Source: a virus
Taxonomy: Duplodnaviria; Heunggongvirae; Uroviricota; Caudoviricetes
Length of the DNA: 58,002 bases
IMG/VR virus record: IMGVR_UViG_2915331061_000005
Direction: 5' to 3' (one strand)
Shown: piece after piece, positions 1 through 8,949 of the stretch
Layout: each line of letters begins with the position of its first letter
How positions within the stretch are numbered: the first letter of the stretch is position 1
Made by a program: the position numbers and the translations under genes
The notes under the pieces: generated by a model
Seen by the model: only the letters and a program-made list of their open reading frames with translations
Databases searched by the model: none
What the model was told of the DNA's origin: nothing

Positions 1-144
1 ATGCAGGCGTTGGGCGTGGATATCCAGACCATCCAGAGCATCGTAGGCCATGCCGATACCGAGATGACTGAGCATGATCTCCATGTTCAGGAATCCATTC
101 GGCAGAGTGCGATCCAGTTGTTCAGCGAGGCATTTTCGGCCTGA
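1..144 (+). pseudogene. C-terminal end of a tyrosine recombinase/integrase (5'-partial), catalytic Tyr apparently replaced by Asp
   Basis: Frame 1 reads MQALGVDIQTIQSIVGHADTEMTEHDLHVQESIRQSAIQLFSEAFSA*. This fits the (L/V)GH-x8-Y box of tyrosine recombinases, but codon 76-78 is GAT (D) rather than TAT (Y). Confidence 0.7.
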
Positions 145-285
145 AAATTGGACGGAACGGCACTAATTATCGCGAGCCAGCTTTTCAAATCGTTGGCATC
201 AACGCTGGCTCGCATATCGCAGCAGATGATGTTGCGTCAAAAAAGCCCACTTGCCCCTGCGATTGACCAGATAAAATCTTTGGCA

Positions 286-309
286 TTGTGGTCAAAATTG
301 TGGTCAAAG
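286..309 (+). repeat. Tandem direct repeat TTGTGGTCAAA x2, probable integrase arm-type binding sites
   Basis: ttgtggtcaaaa (286-297) and ttgtggtcaaag (298-309) lie just downstream of the integrase stop. Confidence 0.55.
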
Positions 310-336
310 CCAAATGAGGCCAGCCTATAAACAAAA

Positions 337-372
337 AAGTCCAACGATTTCTAACGTGAAATCGTTGGACTT
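337..372. terminator. Intrinsic terminator-like hairpin
   Basis: 14-bp perfect inverted repeat aagtccaacgattt / aaatcgttggactt, with an A-run on the left, directly after the serine recombinase stop. Confidence 0.75.
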
Positions 373-1852
373 ATGGTCCAGCAGAGCTGGACAAATCCGA
401 ACTTTTTTCCTCCGCTGAGTCAGCGGTCAAAGTGTCCTCAAGCCGGACAGTTTGGGTGCCATCCTTGTAGTTGAACGTGAGCAGCATCCGGTCATCGTAC
501 AGGAAAATGGCATTGACAAAAATTTCAATCAACGCTTTTCGTTGCTTTTTCTGCGAAATATCGAACTTTCTAAATTTCATCAGCCAGAATCGGATGAAAT
601 CCTCATTGAAGCTGGGCTTCTTCAATTTTTCATCTGCGATTTTTACAGTCAACTCATCTTTCTGGCTTTCCAGCGCTTCCAGACGCTCTTTCGTTGTCCG
701 GGTGTACAAGCCGTCCTCGATCGCCTTCATCAAGTTGTCCAACTTTTTGTTGACCTCTCGCAGTTGCTTTTCCAGCAGCGGAATCGTGGTGTTTTCCTGA
801 TTCTGGACATCCATGACGAGCTGAACGATCTTGTCGATCACCGCATCGTCCTGAATCAACTTCATAGTCTCCCGGACGACCATATCTTCCAGCCAGTCCT
901 TCTGCACGGTCTTTTTGTTGCAGCCCTTGCGCCGTTTGACGTTGGCGCATTTATAATAATAGTAGGTGCGTCCGGTGGCACTGGTTCCGCTTTCGCCGAA
1001 CATCAGCGCACCGCACTTGCCGCAGAACAGCTTGGTGGTCAGCAGATATTCCTCGTCTGCCTTGCCACAGGCAGGGGCACGCTTGTTCTTATCCAGACGC
1101 TTCTGCACCCGGTCAAACAGGTCCTTCGGAACAATAACTGGAATCGCTTCCGGCACAACGATATCCCGGAAAGACAGTTCGCCAATGTACCGGCGGTTCT
1201 TGAGCATGGTGTTCACGCTACTGTGGGTCATTTTGCCGCCCAGCATATTGCGGACACCCTTGTCGTTGAGGAAGTTTACGATCTCCACCATTTTATCGCC
1301 GTTGTCATACCGCTGAAAGGCTTCCAGCACCAGCGGAGCGGTCAGCGGGTCAAGATGATAGAACTTGTCATCGTCGATTTTATAGCCGATGGTTCCCGTA
1401 CCGCCAGTACACTTTCCCTTCAAAGCATTCTCCGTCTGGCCACGAATCACCTTTTCGGACAGCTCTGCCGAATAGTATTCCGCCATACCTTCCAGGAGGG
1501 TTTCCACCAGAATGCCCTGTGAACCCTCGGCAATGGGTTCCATAACGGAAATCAGGTGGACACCGTTCTTTTTCAGGATCATCTTATAGTTTGCGCTATC
1601 AAAACGATTCCGGGCAAAGCGGTCAAATTTCCAGACGAGAACAACATCAAACAGCTTTTTGCCGCTGTCTTTGATCATCTGCTGGAACTCCGGGCGATTG
1701 TCCGTTTTGGCAGAGAATGCACGGTCAATGTAGTGCTTGATGACCGTAATGCCGTTCTTTTCCGCATAATCTGTGCATTCCCGAATCTGGCCTTCGATAG
1801 ATTCTTCGCGCTGGTTATCCGATGAATAGCGGGCATAGATTACGGCGGTCAT
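371..1852 (-). CDS. Large serine recombinase (resolvase + recombinase + Zn-ribbon), 493 aa
   Basis: N-terminal YARYSS catalytic motif, DRFAR, CGKCG...YYKC zinc ribbon, coiled coil. Confidence 0.95.
   Translation of the reverse strand: MTAVIYARYSSDNQREESIEGQIRECTDYAEKNGITVIKHYIDRAFSAKTDNRPEFQQMIKDSGKKLFDVVLVWKFDRFARNRFDSANYKMILKKNGVHLISVMEPIAEGSQGILVETLLEGMAEYYSAELSEKVIRGQTENALKGKCTGGTGTIGYKIDDDKFYHLDPLTAPLVLEAFQRYDNGDKMVEIVNFLNDKGVRNMLGGKMTHSSVNTMLKNRRYIGELSFRDIVVPEAIPVIVPKDLFDRVQKRLDKNKRAPACGKADEEYLLTTKLFCGKCGALMFGESGTSATGRTYYYYKCANVKRRKGCNKKTVQKDWLEDMVVRETMKLIQDDAVIDKIVQLVMDVQNQENTTIPLLEKQLREVNKKLDNLMKAIEDGLYTRTTKERLEALESQKDELTVKIADEKLKKPSFNEDFIRFWLMKFRKFDISQKKQRKALIEIFVNAIFLYDDRMLLTFNYKDGTQTVRLEDTLTADSAEEKSSDLSSSAGP
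374..406. other. Putative att junction A (TGGTCCA-N17-CGAACTTTT)
   Basis: Same motif and spacing as 16532-16564. It lies inside the last codons of the serine recombinase. Confidence 0.6.
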
Positions 1853-1869
1853 AGACTCACTTCCTTTTT

Positions 1870-2418
1870 TTATCGAACAGATGGGTAGCTTTTTGCATAC
1901 TTGTAGATCTGGCGCGCACAGTCGAGGCTCATTTTGCTGGAATCGTTATGTTTGAGCCATGCATTCACATTGCCGGGATTCAGCTTCAAGTCTGTGTAGA
2001 GACGATAATTCGTCAGTTTCTTTTTCTGCTGAAGTTCCAATACCCGGCGATGGATCAACGCTTTCGTATCATTGTCCGCAAGAGAGGTATCCCGCACCGA
2101 GCAATAGCTGCGCCAAACCTTCAAATAGCCTTCCGGCAGTTCTGATGATTGCTTTTCAAGAAGCACCAGCATTTGCTCCAGCGAATAGAGATTAGAAAGT
2201 TGCTCATATTCCGCAGCAATCGTACTGTTTGCGGTGTAGCGGAGCAGCAGTTCTACTTTATCAAAGGCCAAAGCATAGAGAAACAACGGTTCTTTCAGGC
2301 GGGGATTCTCGCTCAGACAATCTGCCAGCTTATGAATACTAGCCGTCTGCACCCCGGAAAGCTCTGCCACATACTGCTTCAAGAAACCCTCAAATGTCAG
2401 CTTTCGCATGGTCTCCAC
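1870..2418 (-). CDS. Hypothetical protein with C-terminal HTH-like segment; probable partner (antitoxin) of the upstream nucleotidyltransferase
   Basis: 182 aa; overlaps the 3' end of the upstream gene; LTNYRLYTDLKLNPGNVNAWLK resembles an XRE-type HTH. Confidence 0.6.
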   Translation of the reverse strand: METMRKLTFEGFLKQYVAELSGVQTASIHKLADCLSENPRLKEPLFLYALAFDKVELLLRYTANSTIAAEYEQLSNLYSLEQMLVLLEKQSSELPEGYLKVWRSYCSVRDTSLADNDTKALIHRRVLELQQKKKLTNYRLYTDLKLNPGNVNAWLKHNDSSKMSLDCARQIYKYAKSYPSVR

Positions 2419-2951
2419 CTCTCCACATACTCCTGATAACGGATATAAAAATCCCGATACCGCCAGTCGTTCAAGATGCTGGCTTTCAGTTCATCTTCAT
2501 CCGTTGCAAGGTGTTCCAGCAAATCCCAGTCCAAAGAGTTCCGCACGGCCTCGCTCTCTACGTCTGCTTTGTCGGTGTCCCGGAAAGAGCACAGCTTTGC
2601 AATCACCAAATCTTCCAGACTGGGTGTGTAGAACTGCACCTTTGTACCACCAAAGGGTAGCGGCTGAAGCCGGTCTTGGAAGTTATATGGGAAATTGTCG
2701 ATGTAGGCTTCCACATCGGTGTTGATGTCGTACTTGCCAAGCAAACTGTACAGTTCTTTCGGAACACTCAAGGCATCAATGTCATGAGTAGCGCGGGTCA
2801 GCTTGCCCAACAAAATAAACGCACTGCCACCTACAATCACCATCTGATAGCGGTCGTTATTGTCGATCATCAGGTCTGCGTCTTCGTCCAGACGTTCCAG
2901 ACGCTTGCGGAGGTCATCTAAAATCATCTTTCCCATAAAGTAGCCTTTCAC
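2397..2951 (-). CDS. AbiEii/DUF6036-like nucleotidyltransferase (putative type IV TA toxin)
   Basis: VIVGGSA...RATHDIDAL (GG-x-A / R-x-T-x-DID) and LVIAKL...RDTD motifs. Alternative start at 2936. Confidence 0.8.
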   Translation of the reverse strand: MKGYFMGKMILDDLRKRLERLDEDADLMIDNNDRYQMVIVGGSAFILLGKLTRATHDIDALSVPKELYSLLGKYDINTDVEAYIDNFPYNFQDRLQPLPFGGTKVQFYTPSLEDLVIAKLCSFRDTDKADVESEAVRNSLDWDLLEHLATDEDELKASILNDWRYRDFYIRYQEYVERWRPCES

Positions 2952-2979
2952 TTTTTCAATAATAGTATTCTTTAATTAA

Positions 2980-3008
2980 ATTTTACATGGAAAAGATTTA
3001 AAAGTCAA
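2980..3008 (-). promoter_or_regulatory. Sigma-A-like promoter for the nucleotidyltransferase pair
   Basis: Minus strand TTGACT - 17 nt - TAAAAT. Confidence 0.55.
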
Positions 3009-3032
3009 CACCTAATTTTTCAGATTTATATC

Positions 3033-3608
3033 TCATCGAGTTGAAGCATTCAACCGGCACTCATTATTCAACGGTCTAAGGTACACACTGTCTCCAACAC
3101 ATCCTTTTAGGTCTGTTCTGCTAATAATCATCCATGTGATACCGTTTCCATCTTCATCCTCCAAATCACATCTATAAAATTGATAGCCAAACACCTCTAA
3201 CACAATATTTACTGTAAATGTTTCGTGCTTAACACACAAAAAACCAAGTGTGAGAAAAAATATCAAAAACAACGCAACGCTTTTCCATTGTGTGAAGTCA
3301 AATGCAAACAATGGTAAAATATATGAAAGTAAAAATTCTGATGTCACCGTTTTTTCTTCGGTAACAGTAAGTATTGTATATCTTTCAGCTTCAGAGTTTG
3401 CTTCTACTCGAAGTTTTTTTAACACGAAAACAAGAGATATTGAAAAGACAACTAGTATTGTTGAAATGCCTATCTTCTCTATACCTGATGACTGAGTATC
3501 TTCTAAAAGGCTCACAGTGTCAACAAAAATAACAGACAACCATAATGGCGCAAATGATATGAAAAACAATGCGCTTGTAAAAAGTTTTGACACTCTATTC
3601 ACTCCCAC
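3033..3608 (-). CDS. kwaA: Kiwa anti-phage membrane protein KwaA
   Basis: 191 aa with ~4 hydrophobic segments; FISFAPLW, FLLSYILPLF and NIVLEVFGYQFY patterns typical of KwaA; adjacent to a KwaB-like gene; visibly AT-rich. Confidence 0.75.
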   Translation of the reverse strand: MGVNRVSKLFTSALFFISFAPLWLSVIFVDTVSLLEDTQSSGIEKIGISTILVVFSISLVFVLKKLRVEANSEAERYTILTVTEEKTVTSEFLLSYILPLFAFDFTQWKSVALFLIFFLTLGFLCVKHETFTVNIVLEVFGYQFYRCDLEDEDGNGITWMIISRTDLKGCVGDSVYLRPLNNECRLNASTR

Positions 3609-4516
3609 TTTCGAGGACTGGACACTTCCATCGGAAGATCATCAAATGGGTCAACCATACCTTTATTACATAGCAGTTTAACAAGCTTTTCAGAAACACC
3701 GTTTTGTGTTGTGTCGAATTTTCCTTCAAGCAACGGAAGACCAAACTTTTCGGCCAAACGTCTTCTATCATCCGAATTTTCTAACTTTTTTAAATGCTCG
3801 TCATTAAAAGCCACAAATCTTCTCGGATTATGGCCACTTGATGCACATGTCCTAAACAACTCAAAATCTGTCACAATGCGCATTTTTTCTACTGCTGCAA
3901 CTTTTTGCAAACAGATTCCCTTATATGCTCTTTCTATATTAAAAAGTTTTTCTCCTGCCATGGATAGCATATAAGCTGTATCGTCTATTATTATAATATC
4001 CAAGTTGGTTCTGAGTGAAAGTACTTTGTTATCGATTTCGCTAAATGTGCCACTCGATTCCCAAAATTTATGCCGCAATGTTGTAATCGGATTTTGCATT
4101 GAAAAAAGTTTAATACGATAATCTTCTCCATTTATACTTAGGGTTTCTTTGATTAGCTGAGCCGATGCGGAAAATTTCAAAGGATTAATTTCCACATCTG
4201 GTTTCGATATCGCTTCTTGAAGTGTTTTAAATTCATCACAAATCAATACATTTTCCGCTGGTAGCTCATAAATTGTTTGTGCATCAGCACTCCCATCATA
4301 TTCTTTTACGGTATGATATTTCTTAAATTCTTTTTTGTAATGATCAGAAATTTCACCAACAAAATGAGTCAGTCTTCCCTCTGGTGAAAGATTGACCTTA
4401 CAAGTAGAATAACTTGTTTTATTTTTTGCCGACACCTTAATTTTGAGGAGTTGAAGGCTTAAGGAACTTCCTTCTTGGAGCTTATTAAAGATGGACTCAA
4501 TTTGCTCTAATGTCAT
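3599..4516 (-). CDS. kwaB: Kiwa anti-phage protein KwaB (DUF4868-like)
   Basis: 305-aa soluble protein with D-x-I-I-x-D-D...E-K-L-F pattern; overlaps a KwaA-like TM gene; AT-rich. Confidence 0.7.
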   Translation of the reverse strand: MTLEQIESIFNKLQEGSSLSLQLLKIKVSAKNKTSYSTCKVNLSPEGRLTHFVGEISDHYKKEFKKYHTVKEYDGSADAQTIYELPAENVLICDEFKTLQEAISKPDVEINPLKFSASAQLIKETLSINGEDYRIKLFSMQNPITTLRHKFWESSGTFSEIDNKVLSLRTNLDIIIIDDTAYMLSMAGEKLFNIERAYKGICLQKVAAVEKMRIVTDFELFRTCASSGHNPRRFVAFNDEHLKKLENSDDRRRLAEKFGLPLLEGKFDTTQNGVSEKLVKLLCNKGMVDPFDDLPMEVSSPRKWE

Positions 4517-4532
4517 TTTTTACTCTTCCTCC

Positions 4533-7500
4533 TCAAATCGTCATATTGTCCGTCCACATCTCACACTGGCTAATGACCGTGCTGATTGCCGTATCATAAT
4601 CTTCCGGTGGATACTTATACTTTTTCAGAAGGTGCTTCACCATCTTACGCATACTCGCACGAGCAGTTTCTTTTTTCTGCCAGTCTATTGTCCGATTTTT
4701 GCGCAGCATTTCCGTAAGTTCTCTGGTTAAGTCAATCAGTTCATTGTTTTGGTAGAAATCCTTGATGTTTTCCGGCTTTGTCAGAGCATCGTAAAAAGCC
4801 AGTTCTTCCTGCGTCAAGCCCAGCTTTTTACCGTTGTTATACAGTTCTGTAATCTCCTGTGCCGTTTTCAGAAGTTCCTTGATGACCTCCTCGTTTGTAA
4901 TCAAGCCATTGTAGTAAGAGTTCATCAACTGTGTAATCTTTTCTGAAAACTTCTGAGACTGCACAACATTTGTCCGTTTATACAGTGAAACTTGCTCTGC
5001 CATAAGTTTTTTCAAAATTTCTACGGCAATGTTCTTTTCCTTCATTTTTGAAATTTCATCCAACACCGCCGGGTCAAACAGGCTGATATTTTCATCTGCC
5101 TTCTTACTGTCAAACAAACTGATAACACCTTGACTCTGGATACTTGCTTTCAGCAGTTCATTGATTTGAGCATTGATTTCTTTCAAAGAAAGTGTCTTGC
5201 CGCCACTCCCACCATAGGTGATCTTCACCACCGTAGAACGGACTGCTTCCATATAGGCCGCTTCATGTCGCTCCTGCTCCGTGGTCATGCTGGAACACAG
5301 CGAATGCGACTGTTTCAGCAACAGAGCTTCTCGCAGGAACAGATCTTTGCGCTTGGGTGCTTTTGCGTCCAGAACAAAGTTTACGCCGCCAGTGACCAGC
5401 TTTGCCATCATCAACGGAGAACCACCAATAAATCCGCTGAAATCAAAGCCGTGCAACAAATCTTTGCACACCTGAAGCTTTTCCTGAAACTTTGGATAAG
5501 CAACTTTGGCAATGTCCATATCGCCATATCGGGACTGGTCACGCTTGGTATACTCCTTCATAGCGGCTTTGAGGGCAGATGCAATGCCAACGTAATCTAC
5601 AATCAAGCCGCCCTCTTTGTCCTTAAACACGCGGTTGACACGCGCGATGGCCTGCATCAGATTGTATCCGTGCATTGGCTTGTAAACATACATCGTAGCC
5701 AGTGAAGGCACATCAAAACCTGTCAGCCACATATCCACAACAATGGCAATCTTCATCGGGTCATCGTTGTCTTTGAATTTCCGGGCAAGTTCTTCTTTGT
5801 GAGATTTTGTACCGATGATTTCTTTCCAATCCTCCGGGTCATTGTTGCCACCCGTCATAACTACGCCGATTTTTTCGTTCCATGTCGGGCGCAGTTCCAG
5901 AAGTTTTCGATAAATCTTCATCGCAATCGGGCGCGAATACGCCACGATCATCGCCTTGCCCGTCAAAAGATTAGCGCGGTACTTTTCGTAATGGTTGACA
6001 ATATCTTCGCACAGCGATTGAATGGTAGAGTCTGCCCCCAGCACACTCTCCATCTGCCCCAACATCTTTTTGCTTTTTTCAATCGTTGCAGCGTCCGATT
6101 GCTGTTCCAGCGCATCGTAGGTCGCATCAATCAAGGCCAGCGTATTTTGGTCAAGGTGGAGTTTGATAACGCGGCTCTCATAGTAAACCGGACGCGTTGC
6201 GCCATCTTCCACCGCCTGTGTCATATCATAAATATCGATATAATCACCAAAAACTTCACGCGTATTTCTATCTTTTGCCGAAATAGGTGTTCCTGTAAAG
6301 CCTATGTAAGTTGCATTCGGCAGGGCATCATGAATGATACGGGCATTGCCAATGACCGTATGTGCTTCTTTTTCGCCCTGTTCATTTTCTTTGATGACAA
6401 TTTTTTCATCAAAACCATACTGTCCACGGTGGGCTTCATCCGCCATTACCACAATATTTCTACGTTCGGACAGTGGCTTCTCGCCACGCTCAAACTTGAA
6501 CATCGTGGTGAAGATAATGCCGTTTGCTTTTCGACCATCCAGCAGCTTGCTTAGATTTTCCTTGCTGGTTGCCTGTACAGGTGTCTGGCGCAAAAACGGC
6601 GCACACTTGGCGAACTGCGTGTAGAGCTGATCGTCAAGGTCAATGCGGTCTGTCATCACAACGATGGTGGGGCTATCCAAAGCTTCTTGCAGTAAATGGG
6701 CGTAGAATACCATCGACAGCGATTTCCCGCTGCCCTGCGTATGCCAGAACACACCACCCTTGCCATCCGTTTTAGTGGCAATCTTGGCCTTTTCGATAGC
6801 TTTTCGCACTGCAAAATACTGGTGGTATCCAGCCAAAATTTTAATCGGCTTCTGCCCATCGCCGGAAAACAGGATAAAATTTTTCAGAATATCTAGCAAC
6901 CGGGCTTTCTGGAACATCCCCTCATAGAAGGTATCAAACTGTGCATACGCCGTATTTTCGTAATCGCCATCCTTTGTTTTCCACTCCATAAAACGGTCAA
7001 GTCCAGAAGTGATTGTTCCCGCCTTATTGGTCGAAAGGTCGCTGATTACGCAGATTGCATTATAATAGAACATCGAAGGGATGTCCTTCATGTAGTTCCG
7101 AATCTGGTTGTATGCGTTTTCTGCGCCCACTTCGTCCTTGGAAGGACTTTTCAGTTCGATCAAAACCAACGGCAAACCGTTGATAAACAAAATAATATCC
7201 GGGCGGCGGTTGTTTCCATTTTCCACGAAGGTATACTGGTTTACCACATAGAAATCATTTTTGTCTGCATCTGCATAATCAATCAGCTTTACTACCGAAG
7301 ACCGTTCTTCACCCTTGACTGCGTATTTGACCGTGATACCGTTTTGCAGATAGTCCATAAAGACAATATTCTTCTGCAACAGGCTTCCTGCATCAAAATC
7401 ATTCAGTTTCAGGATGGCTTCATCAATTGCCACAGCCGGAAGGCTGCGATTCAGCCGCACCAGACAATCCCGCAAAACATCGTCCAGCAGAGGGCGGCTG

Positions 7501-7604
7501 TAATCTGTTCGGTTCATATCAGGAGCATAAATGTGGGTGTAACCCATATTTTCAAATAGCTCTATGACCGCTTGTTCAAAGGTATCTTCGGTAAATGAAA
7601 GCAT
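4533..7604 (-). CDS. hsdR: Type I restriction enzyme R subunit
   Basis: 1023 aa; PD...IELK nuclease, HTQGSGKS Walker A, DEAH, LMQAIARVNR, DUF3387-type C-terminus. Confidence 0.97.
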   Translation of the reverse strand: MLSFTEDTFEQAVIELFENMGYTHIYAPDMNRTDYSRPLLDDVLRDCLVRLNRSLPAVAIDEAILKLNDFDAGSLLQKNIVFMDYLQNGITVKYAVKGEERSSVVKLIDYADADKNDFYVVNQYTFVENGNNRRPDIILFINGLPLVLIELKSPSKDEVGAENAYNQIRNYMKDIPSMFYYNAICVISDLSTNKAGTITSGLDRFMEWKTKDGDYENTAYAQFDTFYEGMFQKARLLDILKNFILFSGDGQKPIKILAGYHQYFAVRKAIEKAKIATKTDGKGGVFWHTQGSGKSLSMVFYAHLLQEALDSPTIVVMTDRIDLDDQLYTQFAKCAPFLRQTPVQATSKENLSKLLDGRKANGIIFTTMFKFERGEKPLSERRNIVVMADEAHRGQYGFDEKIVIKENEQGEKEAHTVIGNARIIHDALPNATYIGFTGTPISAKDRNTREVFGDYIDIYDMTQAVEDGATRPVYYESRVIKLHLDQNTLALIDATYDALEQQSDAATIEKSKKMLGQMESVLGADSTIQSLCEDIVNHYEKYRANLLTGKAMIVAYSRPIAMKIYRKLLELRPTWNEKIGVVMTGGNNDPEDWKEIIGTKSHKEELARKFKDNDDPMKIAIVVDMWLTGFDVPSLATMYVYKPMHGYNLMQAIARVNRVFKDKEGGLIVDYVGIASALKAAMKEYTKRDQSRYGDMDIAKVAYPKFQEKLQVCKDLLHGFDFSGFIGGSPLMMAKLVTGGVNFVLDAKAPKRKDLFLREALLLKQSHSLCSSMTTEQERHEAAYMEAVRSTVVKITYGGSGGKTLSLKEINAQINELLKASIQSQGVISLFDSKKADENISLFDPAVLDEISKMKEKNIAVEILKKLMAEQVSLYKRTNVVQSQKFSEKITQLMNSYYNGLITNEEVIKELLKTAQEITELYNNGKKLGLTQEELAFYDALTKPENIKDFYQNNELIDLTRELTEMLRKNRTIDWQKKETARASMRKMVKHLLKKYKYPPEDYDTAISTVISQCEMWTDNMTI

Positions 7605-7616
7605 GATTTTTTCTCC

Positions 7617-8909
7617 TCAACTATTATCCGAAGTTGCTGTATTCGATTCTTGCGCAATGGCATTCACAATCTTTTCAACGATAGACTGTGCTGCTCTTTT
7701 TGCCATCGCACGTCCTATCGGCGTACCATTATCCAATGTGTCCGTCAGTGCCAATCGAACTTTACTGAGTCCAATTTCCTTGCGATACCAATCTGGCATC
7801 AGATTTTCCTGAATTGCAATATAGGACTCATCAAAAAACGCTGGATTTATTTCATCCCGCAGTACCCTCTGAATAATCTCATCCACTTTATCGTCTGAAA
7901 TATCTAAATCACATACTTCTCTAATATTTGTTACCGGAACTTCTATTTTCACAAACCTATCGGCCATAGGCTTTTGTATGTTCGCATAATTGCTTTTAAT
8001 ATATGCCATCTGGTGCTCAAGTTCCGGGAAAAGTGTTCCTTCATTGATATTGTAAAAACTTAGTTCTTCTAAAATTGCACTTTTTCTTCCCGCTGGTATT
8101 CTAAAACTTTGAAGTTCAAATTCATCTTGGACATCACTATATGCCCGTTTAACAATGCTCTGCCTGATTTTTCCTTTCAGCTGAACATTGTATTTCCCGC
8201 TAATCAGAAAAGAGCCGCTTTGCCGTACCAATCTTTCATTATTCAAGTTGGAAATCACAAAATAATTTCTTTGAATAATCGAAAGCAAGCTTTTATACTC
8301 GCTTGCCTCGCACTCTTTTACCTCTTTATCTGTATAAATTCCATACTTGTTCAAATCCGAGAGCAGCTTTTCTAATGTATAATCGCCCGAAATTTCATGA
8401 CTCGCTAAATATGCCAACACTTTGATCTCTATGTCACTATAACTTTTTCCGTAATCGCGCTTATAATAGATTTTCCCATCGGTCGGCGGCAATAACGTAG
8501 TCTTCCCGTCAGTTATCTTTTTCTCTTGATTGTTTTGGCAAGCAAAATACAGTGCCACCAGTGGGTTTTCCGTCACATCCAACAGTCTTGTTGGCAACCC
8601 ATAGTGTTGCAATTTTGCGAGCTTTTCAAAATCTGTTGTCAGTTTTCGGAAGTCGTCAGGATTCCGTGTGTAGGCAGCATTTATCAATTCTGCTTCGTGT
8701 GGCAGCATCCCACCACGGAACACTCCCGGCATGACGTTCCATTCGTTGCTGGCCTGTCCACGGAAGAAAAAGTGCTTTGTGCTCACTTCCGCGCCTTCCT
8801 CTTTCTTTATGGTTTCCTTTATATCAGAAATGTAGGTCAGATAGCTATTAAGGTCTGTAACAACGCATTCGTTTAAATCTTTCGTCTTAGCATTATCAAA
8901 ATCTTCCAT
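7617..8909 (-). CDS. FRG-domain protein with HsdR-like C-terminal helical extension
   Basis: FFFRGQ, QHYGLPTRLLD, NPLVALYFAC, NERLVRQSGSF motifs; 430 aa. Confidence 0.9.
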   Translation of the reverse strand: MEDFDNAKTKDLNECVVTDLNSYLTYISDIKETIKKEEGAEVSTKHFFFRGQASNEWNVMPGVFRGGMLPHEAELINAAYTRNPDDFRKLTTDFEKLAKLQHYGLPTRLLDVTENPLVALYFACQNNQEKKITDGKTTLLPPTDGKIYYKRDYGKSYSDIEIKVLAYLASHEISGDYTLEKLLSDLNKYGIYTDKEVKECEASEYKSLLSIIQRNYFVISNLNNERLVRQSGSFLISGKYNVQLKGKIRQSIVKRAYSDVQDEFELQSFRIPAGRKSAILEELSFYNINEGTLFPELEHQMAYIKSNYANIQKPMADRFVKIEVPVTNIREVCDLDISDDKVDEIIQRVLRDEINPAFFDESYIAIQENLMPDWYRKEIGLSKVRLALTDTLDNGTPIGRAMAKRAAQSIVEKIVNAIAQESNTATSDNS

Positions 8910-8949
8910 ATTATCCCTTCATTTCTTTTATAAACGATAATTTAGCAGC

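Noticed and set aside
374-402. att motifs as tRNA/tmRNA 3' ends (GTTCG...ACCA on the minus strand)
   Set aside because: GTTCG to CCA spans 29 nt rather than 24, there is no T-stem pairing, and no upstream cloverleaf; same for 16532-16560.
452-1522. 356-aa plus-strand ORF
   Set aside because: Antisense shadow of the serine recombinase.
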